Shown: in pieces, positions 20,280 to 28,496 of the stretch
Position numbering within the stretch: position 1 is the first letter of the stretch
Layout: every line of letters begins with the position of its first letter
DNA from: a virus
Taxonomy: Duplodnaviria > Caudoviricetes
Length of the DNA stretch: 53,369 bases
Direction: 5' to 3' (one strand)
IMG/VR virus record: IMGVR_UViG_3300001848_000569
Span: 1-53,369 of that record
Position numbers and translations under genes: made by a program
Notes under the pieces: generated by a model
The model's input: the letters and a program-made list of their open reading frames with translations, nothing else
Databases searched by the model: none
What the model was told of the DNA's origin: nothing

Positions 20280-20637
20280 CTACTGTAATTCTAAATGTTA
20301 AGATATACTCTTTAATCTCTGATGAAATTGGAAGTTCAATATCTGGATTAATCCGATATTCTCCCTTACTATCTTGAATGAGTAATCTCTTATCTTTTAA
20401 TTTTTTCTTATAATTATTAAGGTTTGGTCTACTAATTCCAATTGACTTTTCCAATTTAAATAAATCCCAAACATACACATTATTTCTAATTGAACAAAGT
20501 ATCTTTAACTCTGTTTCTGATAAATCTAAACCTGATCCACATAATAATTTTTTAAGATAAAGCTTATATAAATTATTCTGTTTAACCTTTATTGGTAATT
20601 CTCTATTAATTGATTGATCTTCTCTTTTAACTAACAT
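20203..20637 (-). CDS. Winged-helix DNA-binding protein
   Basis: LSETELKIL...LEKSIGISRPNLNNYKKKLKDKRLL...GEYRINP. Confidence 0.7.
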   Translation of the reverse strand: MLVKREDQSINRELPIKVKQNNLYKLYLKKLLCGSGLDLSETELKILCSIRNNVYVWDLFKLEKSIGISRPNLNNYKKKLKDKRLLIQDSKGEYRINPDIELPISSEIKEYILTFRITVDEETTTNPRELEDVHTKSAGSVQSS

Positions 20638-20649
20638 AACTCTTTACTT

Positions 20650-20985
20650 TTATTTTCTACCTTTATATTCAAAACCTATTCTATTTATTTCCTTTTCTTT
20701 ACCATATACAATATCGGAGATTTTATTTTTAGAACCTTGAACTTTTAAAAATTCACCTTGTTCTATTTTAATTAAACAAGTATTTTTTTCTACTTTTAAA
20801 CTATTAGGGTTAATAAATTCTTTAATATATTCTATTTTGTATCTGGGTATATTTAGTTTACTTTTAATTACTTTTACCTTACTCTGTATTTTTGAATCCT
20901 GAGTCTGTTGAGTAGACTTCACGAATGTCTCTATTACTATCAGTTCTATAATATCCTCTTCGCTCCTTTTTATCTGCTTGATCAT
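20650..20985 (-). CDS. Hypothetical protein
   Basis: 111-aa ORF in operon. Confidence 0.55.
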   Translation of the reverse strand: MIKQIKRSEEDIIELIVIETFVKSTQQTQDSKIQSKVKVIKSKLNIPRYKIEYIKEFINPNSLKVEKNTCLIKIEQGEFLKVQGSKNKISDIVYGKEKEINRIGFEYKGRK

Positions 20986-21232
20986 TTTTTCTACGCTTTA
21001 AAGCTTCTAAAGCATTTTTACAATAATTAATAAACTCAGTATTGTAAAAATTATACCTCTTATTATTAAGAGTTTTCATTCTAGATATAAGAGTATATAA
21101 AACTTCTTCGGTTGTTATACCATCAAGGATTTTTCCAGTTTCATCCTTTTCTATAAATTTAAGTTCTTGACACTTAGTCTTGTCTAGATAATTTGTTAAT
21201 CTAAAATGAACTCCTTCTTTAATTACTTCCAT
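20879..21232 (-). CDS. Hypothetical phage protein (GITTEEVL helical-hairpin family)
   Basis: Q.LKF...DGITTEEVL..LISRM..LN motif. Confidence 0.55.
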   Translation of the reverse strand: MEVIKEGVHFRLTNYLDKTKCQELKFIEKDETGKILDGITTEEVLYTLISRMKTLNNKRYNFYNTEFINYCKNALEALKRRKNDQADKKERRGYYRTDSNRDIREVYSTDSGFKNTE

Positions 21233-21515
21233 TTACTTTAAAATAAATTATACCACCATTAATTGTTCTATATCTGTTCTTGTCTAATCCGTCACAATTG
21301 TATCTAAAATTTTTAATACCTAAATCATTTATTAAATTAGTTATTCTATTTAAAAAATTCTGTGAACAGTTTATAATAACCTCATTATTATTTTGAAGAA
21401 CTATTTTACCAAATGTTAAATCCATTAAATTATTTCTAAATTCCAATTCAGTAAATATATCTTCATTTAAATTTAAATCTTTTTGTTGTATCTCAAACTC
21501 TTCTACTTTATCCAT
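21219..21515 (-). CDS. Hypothetical protein
   Basis: ORF overlapping both neighbours. Confidence 0.5.
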   Translation of the reverse strand: MDKVEEFEIQQKDLNLNEDIFTELEFRNNLMDLTFGKIVLQNNNEVIINCSQNFLNRITNLINDLGIKNFRYNCDGLDKNRYRTINGGIIYFKVNGSN

Positions 21516-21894
21516 TGTCTATAATACTTTTTAAAATCTCATTAATATTATTAAAATCTTTTTGTGGTATACGAATTAAATTTATTTTCTTTTGAATACA
21601 ATAGTTATCCTTTACTTTATCCTTAGCTTGATATTTTTTAAACCTTTCTATTGTTCTATGCATCTTTCTTATAAATCTTTCATGTTGTTCACCATCTAAC
21701 TCTATTATAAGATTTAATTCAGGAATCCAGAAGTCAAATATAAGTTTTTGTTTTGTTAATGGGTTAATACAGTCTTTAAATCTAGCATTGTAAATGTAGT
21801 TTATTTCATGTTCTTTAAGCCATTTACTTACAGTTATTTCTATTTTACTTGGTGGGTTACTCTGAAAGTATGGCTTAGTTTTTTTCTTAGCCAT
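21508..21894 (-). CDS. Vsr/DUF559-like PD-(D/E)XK endonuclease
   Basis: SKIE...FDFWIPELNLIIELDGEQH...D..KD.YC....INLIRI. Confidence 0.85.
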   Translation of the reverse strand: MAKKKTKPYFQSNPPSKIEITVSKWLKEHEINYIYNARFKDCINPLTKQKLIFDFWIPELNLIIELDGEQHERFIRKMHRTIERFKKYQAKDKVKDNYCIQKKINLIRIPQKDFNNINEILKSIIDNG

Positions 21895-22109
21895 TAATTA
21901 TAATTAAGTCTAAAAATATTTTCATCTGGTTCCATTGCTTCAAATCCTTGAAGTAAAAGAAACTTTTCATTTTCATTTGTAGTAATCTCCTCAGCCCCCA
22001 CTATTGATTTTAAACACACCAAAGATTCATCTTTACTAGTTGATTCATATACTATCTCCATTTCTTCGGGCAATAAGGATAGGATATTTAATAATTCTTT
22101 TACTATCAT
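21894..22109 (-). CDS. Hypothetical protein, first gene of the minus-strand block
   Basis: MIVKELLNILSLLPEEMEI motif. Confidence 0.6.
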   Translation of the reverse strand: MIVKELLNILSLLPEEMEIVYESTSKDESLVCLKSIVGAEEITTNENEKFLLLQGFEAMEPDENIFRLNYN

Positions 22110-22689
22110 ATTATACAGTATTAAGTATTATTAAGTAATAGGAAATTTAAACCCCAGTAAACACTGGAGTTTTATTACCTTGGATTCCAATAAGACGAAG
22201 GATATAAGTTTATTCATTCTGTATGGTTCGGCCTATAATTTCATGGAATTACTTCTTTAGAAATTATCCTAACGTGGACCTCTACTTCGCCAGTTACCTT
22301 CCCTAAAGGGCTTTTATCTAAGGTGAGAGACCAGAACTATTCAACTTACTCACAACTGTAATCTAGTGAAGTCTTAAAAAAATTCCTCCTTTCAGATTGA
22401 AATTTAAGGCACTAGATCAGTGAGTTATCAACTTCAAGTGGTAAATATACGATAAATAAATGATATTAAAGTAAAAATCTTTTAATGGCCGTATAACTGC
22501 CTGATAATCAATATAAAAAATTTTTAAAAAATTTTTTTTTGATAACTATAATTTCATGGATGAGAACCTAGGTAGATTCATCCCCCTCCCTTTGCTTTGG
22601 CTTTGGGGTATATCCCACACCTCAAAGTTGCCAAAACGCGTTTGGTTGATAAGTTGGGATAAATCATTTTACTCACAAAATTCAATACA

Positions 22690-23145
22690 ATGAATCAAAA
22701 TCACAAGGTTCGCGTGGTGAAGAATGCCAAGAATGGCCAAATCATCACCCAAACGGCCAACCCGGAATTTGGCTTTTTTCTGTTGGAGCAATCCACACGG
22801 GATAAATTCAGCAATTTCCTCAATGGTCAGCGTGTCACTAAGGTGATGGTTGCACCAATGGAAGAGCTGAAAAAGATGGGCCTGAAGGAAGGAATGGAGT
22901 TTCCCGGAAATCTGTTCGTCACGGAAAGTCATGAGCCGATCAATTCGACCAGTCAGGTGAAGATCTATCCTGCAAATCATCCCAAAGCAGGTCAGCCTGT
23001 TCTGAGTAGTGGTAAGCAGATATATCGTACCATTGGTTGGGATACAGCTGGAACAACTGAGAATACTCTGTTGCCCACTGATCGGGTGGTTGCTCCTGCA
23101 AAGCCTGAAGTAAAGGCAACTGCTGGTGTTACAGCCGGTAAATAA
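22690..23145 (+). CDS. First plus-strand gene; GC-rich, beta-rich protein
   Basis: 151 aa; A-rich translation start; followed by a strong terminator. Confidence 0.75.
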   Translation: MNQNHKVRVVKNAKNGQIITQTANPEFGFFLLEQSTRDKFSNFLNGQRVTKVMVAPMEELKKMGLKEGMEFPGNLFVTESHEPINSTSQVKIYPANHPKAGQPVLSSGKQIYRTIGWDTAGTTENTLLPTDRVVAPAKPEVKATAGVTAGK

Positions 23146-23158
23146 GTGATCCAAAAAG

Positions 23159-23188
23159 AAAGGGGTTAGAGCAATCTGACCCCTTTTT
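23159..23188 (+). terminator. Intrinsic terminator
   Basis: AAAGGGGTTAGA-GCAA-TCTGACCCCTTT followed by T run. Confidence 0.85.
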
Positions 23189-24004
23189 AATTTACCCACT
23201 TTATACAACTATTATTCTATTATTCACCCTATTAACCTTAATAATCCCTATTCTTATAAGCCACCACTAATATCTGAAGGGTGCTAACTGGTATAAAGAG
23301 TAAGAGTAAGTCGTAATTCTTATAGCTTTAGGGCATAAGTAGAAATCTCTGAGTCAGTTCTTATAAGAATTTTTAACTACTTCACGCCGCCTAAAGCGGC
23401 GAATATGTACTATAGCTGGTTGTACTATTGCTGGCTTTTATTCTTTTTATACCTATTTTGCATTATAAGGCTCAATAACCTGGGTATAGAAGGTTAATAT
23501 TAACGGCCTAACGGCCTTTGTTATTAAGCTACCACTAAACTAAGTACACTGGAACCCAGTGGTAACCTTTGTAATCCTGACGGATTAATCATTTCTATAT
23601 ACCTAGTAATGGGTAATAATGTAAGTTGCCTGACGGTATAACAACTTATTTAATAATAAGTTCCTCTTTATACAACTATTTTTTAAAAACTATTGATTAT
23701 CAATGATTATTTTGTATTAAACTTTCAAAAATAATTGAAAGATGATTAAAAAGTTATTAGAATTTTGTTAAAGATTTTACATAACTTGTTGATAATCAAT
23801 CATTTTTCACTTAACATAACATTCAACTTTAACAAAATTTGTTTTTTTAACGGCGGTTTTATTTCATTTACAGCCATTTTATTTTTGTCCATTTCCAAAC
23901 AACTCTTATACGGTCCTTCTCAAAGAGTCTAAACAAATGAGAAAATCAGCCTGTAAACAATCAGGTGTGGTGCGTGGTAGCTCAAACCAAAAAACTAATC
24001 AATC

Positions 24005-24328
24005 ATGGATCCCAAAAAAAATCCCAACTATCAGAGGATCAACGTAGATCAACTGTTGGCCAAGTCTGATAAGATCAGCAATGCAGCCATTCGTTCAGCC
24101 ATCTCCAAGATGGAAGAAGAGAAGCAAAAGCTTCAGGAAGAAAAGCTTCTCGAACGCATTGGAGAGATACAAGCACATACTGCCAGTAAGCTGAATCATC
24201 TCCGCTTTGTACGTGAAGAAGAAAAGAAAGCAAAGAAGCAACTTCAGGTCTTTGCAGCTGCCGAACAACTATTCTATGAAACAGCAGATTTCGATCAGTA
24301 CAAAGAGTACATTGTCAAAAACCTCTAA
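24005..24328 (+). CDS. Coiled-coil early protein
   Basis: 107 aa, E/K/Q-rich, GC-richer codons. Confidence 0.7.
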   Translation: MDPKKNPNYQRINVDQLLAKSDKISNAAIRSAISKMEEEKQKLQEEKLLERIGEIQAHTASKLNHLRFVREEEKKAKKQLQVFAAAEQLFYETADFDQYKEYIVKNL

Positions 24329-24334
24329 AGAGGG

Positions 24335-24540
24335 AGTGGATTAGGCCACTATAAAGGGATAACAATCCCAGTAAAAATATATGGGTTAGAGTGAATTAAC
24401 ACTTGTAAGAGGCTTAGCTTCAATCTATATTGTCTGAAAAGGTAAAATGTGGTGTAAACTGTAACTACTTATACATAAGCACATTTCAGACTTTTACTAG
24501 CTATTTAAGCCTAATGCGTTCAAGTTTACTTGAGGTATAG
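24335..24540 (+). ncRNA. Pistol self-cleaving ribozyme with 142-nt insertion in J1/2
   Basis: P1 AGTGG/CCACT; loop ATTAGG pairs with CCTAAT (24510-15); ATAAA...TAG; P2 CTAT/ATAG; TTAAG; GCGT; P3 TCAAG/CTTGA; GG^T site. Confidence 0.8.
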
Positions 24541-24718
24541 ATGATAATTTAGATATAGAAACGAAAGCTATTCAAAGAGCTTGACTCAACGAATATAAGA
24601 AGAATTAACTTCTTAGTTCACCCCCTAATAAAATCTCTGAAGTAGAGATTAAAAAGGCTTCAAATTTTGAAGAGAGGGAACTTGTTTTCAATCAAACCTT
24701 CATGGTAAAAAATCATTT

Positions 24719-24762
24719 ACAGTAGAGTTTCTATGGAAACATAGTTTTATCTACTGTTTTTT
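24719..24762 (+). terminator. Probable intrinsic terminator
   Basis: ACAGTAGA...CTATG-GAAA-CATAG...TCTACTGT plus T run. Confidence 0.6.
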
Positions 24763-24806
24763 AAAAATAACATATCTTATCATAATCAATATAAAACAGT
24801 CAACTT

Positions 24807-25016
24807 ATGGAATTCTCATACACTAAAACTGCCTACGGCACAAACAGACTTACTATTCAAAGACAGGAGATAACCAATCCCAATACAATAGTAGCATTAA
24901 ACGCTTTTTGTATTTGGGGAGGTGCTGATAAAGTGGATTCAAGGGAGATGAGTTGGGAATTTGAAGAATCTATAATCTTTGACATTATTAATCGAGCTTT
25001 AACAAGACTTGATTAA
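24807..25016 (+). CDS. Hypothetical protein
   Basis: 69-aa ORF with A-rich leader. Confidence 0.55.
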   Translation: MEFSYTKTAYGTNRLTIQRQEITNPNTIVALNAFCIWGGADKVDSREMSWEFEESIIFDIINRALTRLD

Positions 25017-25057
25017 ATGTTACTATTTAAGCTAGTTTATGAACAGCCACAATATAC

Positions 25058-26050
25058 GTATAAAAATAGAGCATATTAATATAGGTAATATTTTTTGGTA
25101 TATTGATTTAGTAACCAGATAATTTTTATCATGGTGAACATAAGAGGTGAGATGCCTTATAATGGAAAACTAATATTTACTTTTAATAGTAAATATAGTT
25201 AGTGGGGAGGGATTCCCATTTAGATCGGTGGTTTTCATGTTTCAGCCAGAAAAACATGATGTTAAAAGTACCTATAACGGGATACTAGTATTGACGCGGC
25301 ACTTAAATGTTGACTGCCTCTATACAGTGGTGTGCAAAGCCCGTTTTTATACAAATTAAGATGTGACCTTTTATAAGATTGGTCATTATGTATATATAGT
25401 AAACAAAAACTTTAGGAAGGGCGGCCAACCAAGTTCTAGGAAGAGTGTTATCTAGATACCTAAAGATCCATTTCTCACAATGGAAAACACGACTGCATAC
25501 ATAAAACCTTAGTGAGACAAGGTTTTAGCTCAGGTAAACCTCTGAGTTTTTTATAATATTTTAAGTGGTAATATAATATCGTTAAATAGGGTTCGAGTCC
25601 AAGTGAGAACACTTAATAAAATAAAAATTTAGTGCCAATTTATTAGTCGTTTAACGACTGGGGTATTCTGGTAAGATATCATACAAAGGGTAATAACCTT
25701 AACTAAATTTTTAATTAACTAAGTAATTGTTTTAACGGGGGTTGAAAGTTCTAATGGGTCCAGTGATCCGCTAAATTATAGCTAGTGAGGGGTAAATTTT
25801 AGTAAATTTTACTAGAGGATGTACTATATCGAAAGATATACAAGCTTAGTTACTTAGTTAATTTTTTTAAAATCTGCGTTATTTGATACTTGAGCAAGTA
25901 TAAAACAATAGAAGTCCAATAGATTTTTGGGTACACACTTCTATAAACATATAGGGTTAAAGTGACATCAGTAATATAGCGTACTAAAAGCAGTAGAGTT
26001 AAATCTATAAGGAGACATCGTTATATGAAAGTCCACTTTTAATATGTTTA
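25058..26050 (+). ncRNA. Tandem structured ncRNA modules (unassigned)
   Basis: About 1 kb without an ORF; at least seven abutting units, each closed by a terminal inverted repeat. Confidence 0.55.
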
Positions 26051-26069
26051 TTTTAAACAATTTTGTAAT

Positions 26070-26276
26070 ATGGAACTAAAGCGAGATAATAAAGGTAATT
26101 TTTATAAAATAGAGAAAATATATACTTCTGTTTTAAATACTACTCTTATTTCAAAAGAAGAATATCTTACTATATTAGAAAAAAAATTATTTTTATTACT
26201 AAAATACAAAAAAGAGTTAGGATCTTTTTGTAATATTAAAGAACTACAAAAAGAAATTAAATCTTTAAAGAACTAA
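26070..26276 (+). CDS. Hypothetical protein
   Basis: 68-aa ORF. Confidence 0.5.
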   Translation: MELKRDNKGNFYKIEKIYTSVLNTTLISKEEYLTILEKKLFLLLKYKKELGSFCNIKELQKEIKSLKN

Positions 26277-26710
26277 ATTTATCAATTTTAAAATAAAGGC
26301 TAAACATTGATCCTTTGTGAATTATTATGATAGCCCAGAGCATGAATGGCATATAAATATTAAGGAGGGTTTCCATACTTAACGATGCAATAATTCACAT
26401 AAAGATACTAATCCTGAATTGACAGGTTATTAATTTGATATCTACTGAAGTAATCACACTACAATTGCATAGTGGAAGAGATTGTTAATTAATATGGAGT
26501 AATCCTAGACTTGTTGTTCCCTTGAGAAAGGAATGAAACATAACAAATCCGACACCCTACAATGGAAGCAAAGCCTTGAAGGAGATGGACTCACAACAAG
26601 AATGTGTTCTCAGCTTGACCCTACTCTTATCTATCAGTGCTTGCACGGTACGTTTAAGACAAGAGGGTGCTAATAAACTAAACTTTAAACTTAAAATTAA
26701 AAAACTACAA

Positions 26711-27058
26711 ATGGATTTCAAACTAATTTTCGTAATTGTCATTGTAGCTTTCAGTGGTTTTCTCATTGTAAAATGTGGAAATGACATGAAAGTTGAGCAC
26801 GTAACTAATTGTAAAGTTATTCATTTACAACAACAGCAAATTATTTCTGGTCAAAATAATAATTTAAGTACTAAAATTCGTTACTTAGTTATTACTAATA
26901 AAGAAACTTTTGTTTGTGAATCTTCCTTGATTAATAATAAATTCGATAATTCAGATATTTTCTTTCGATTAAAGGAGGGAGAAACATATAATTTTAAGGT
27001 ATGTGGATGGGGTAAATCAGTTTTAACTGATTATCGTAATATAATCCAAATTGAATAA
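26711..27058 (+). CDS. Membrane-anchored OB-fold-like phage protein (start reassigned from 26576)
   Basis: MDFKLIFVIV TM helix; YLVITNKETF...LKEGETYNFKVCGW...YRNII. Confidence 0.65.
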   Translation: MDFKLIFVIVIVAFSGFLIVKCGNDMKVEHVTNCKVIHLQQQQIISGQNNNLSTKIRYLVITNKETFVCESSLINNKFDNSDIFFRLKEGETYNFKVCGWGKSVLTDYRNIIQIE

Positions 27059-27177
27059 AATAAACTATAAATATAGAATATCAATGGTGGTATGTTATGG
27101 TAACGTAACAGAAACTAGAGTGAACTGGTCTAAATCACTTTAGGAGAATTGTTAAAGGGTCTATATTTATAGTAAAT

Positions 27178-27249
27178 AGCGGGATAGCGCAGTGGTAGAG
27201 CAGAAGTTTCATAAGCTTCAGGTCGGAGGTTCAATTCCTTCTCCCGCAA
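27178..27249 (+). tRNA. tRNA-Met(CAU)
   Basis: Cloverleaf; GAAGT-TT CAT AA-GCTTC; A1:A72 mismatch. Confidence 0.85.
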
Positions 27250-27398
27250 CTAGTAAGAAAAGTTTATTATTTATACGAATAATATTAAAACAATGTGAGT
27301 ACTTCATAATTTCAACTCTTAATTAATATGAGAAGTGGAGAGGTAGCTGAATTAACAGTAGCGAAGCTTTGTACTTTTCTTATTTTAAAAATCAAAAC

Positions 27399-27698
27399 AT
27401 GGAAACACAAAAGCATCGTTCTGTTTTAGAACTATTACAATTAATGTTAGATAATAAGATTCTTTTTGAAAGTTGATTATGTTCATGGGTATATAGATTA
27501 TTTCATAAAAGACTTATTTCAGTTGAAGAATTTAATTGTTTATTTACTTATATACAGTTAAATAGACCATCAAAGTATTCTTCTTTTGGAGCTTATATTT
27601 GCAAGGAAAGATCATATTATTGGAATCTGGGTAATATTAAGCCAAGAATTAAATGGATAAAGAAACATATTAAAAAATTAAAAGAACAAACAAAATGA
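27399..27698 (+). pseudogene. 100-codon frame interrupted by in-frame TGA (27474-76)
   Basis: METQKHRSVLELLQLML...FES*LCSWV...YYWNLGNIKPRIKWIKKHI; frame continues past the TGA. Confidence 0.6.
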
Positions 27699-27952
27699 GA
27701 GAACAACATTTCCCCATTTCTATCCCTTTTATGGATACAATGTTACCTATAATGCTTCCTTCTTCACCAATTTTTCCTCCTAAACGTCACACTAAAATGA
27801 GTTACAGGACACAAAATAAGCTTGCTAAAAAACGTAAGCATTTTAAAAATCGTGAGAAGTAACAAAATATAACTTCTTTTAAATCCCTTTGGCTGTCTTT
27901 TAGATAGTATCCATTAAATTTGAAAGAAGTTTATTTTTTAATTAGAATAATT

Positions 27953-28396
27953 ATGAAAAAGAAATTATATTTAGACGATATAAGGATTCCAAAAGATGAA
28001 TCTTGGAAAGTAGTAAAAAGTTTTGAGAAATTTGTACAAGCTATCGAACAAGAATTTCCAGATATAATTTCGTTTGATCATGATCTTGGCAAATTTGCCA
28101 TGAACGATTATTATAAAAACCAATATAACGGGGTTGATAAAATTAATTATTCATATATTAATAAAAATGGTGAAATGACTGGTCTTGATTGTGCCAAATG
28201 GTTAATTGATTATTGCATGAATAAATCATTGTCATTACCAAAGTGTTATGTTCACTCAGCTAATCCAATTGGGTCTGATAATATTATGGGCTTATTGAAT
28301 AATTTTTTAAAGAAGGTTGAAAACAAAGAACCCAATGTTATTAGAACTTTCTGGGAATTAGATGACGAAAAAATGCAAAATAATCTTTTAAATTGA
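27953..28396 (+). CDS. Cyclic-phosphate-processing receiver-domain protein
   Basis: LYLDDIRIP...ISFDHDLG...TGLDCAKWL...VHSANPIG; ATG at 27953 preferred over TTG 27920. Confidence 0.8.
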   Translation: MKKKLYLDDIRIPKDESWKVVKSFEKFVQAIEQEFPDIISFDHDLGKFAMNDYYKNQYNGVDKINYSYINKNGEMTGLDCAKWLIDYCMNKSLSLPKCYVHSANPIGSDNIMGLLNNFLKKVENKEPNVIRTFWELDDEKMQNNLLN

Positions 28397-28403
28397 TTAT
28401 TAT

Positions 28404-28476
28404 ATAGGATTAGTTCAGTTGGTAGAACGCTTGCTTTGGGAGCAAGAGGTCGGTGGTTCAAGTCCACTATCCTATA
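28404..28476 (+). tRNA. tRNA-Pro(UGG)
   Basis: ATAGGAT/ATCCTAT; CTTGC-TT TGG GA-GCAAG; TTCAAGT. Confidence 0.92.
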
Positions 28477-28496
28477 CTTAAAATATTAGGTTTAAA

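Noticed and set aside
22669-23208. 179-aa minus-strand ORF
   Set aside because: Antisense to ORF 22690, which has the leader and terminator; explained by locally high GC
25290-25345. Twister ribozyme, suggested by GTGCAAAGCCCG
   Set aside because: Could not build the two pseudoknots or the cleavage loop
25905-26040. RNase P RNA, suggested by GAAGTCC and GAAAGTCC
   Set aside because: No GAGGAAAGTCC context and no matching 3' P4 strand
23146-27400. CRISPR array in the long non-coding region
   Set aside because: No regularly spaced direct repeats; the units are inverted-repeat closed and differ in sequence
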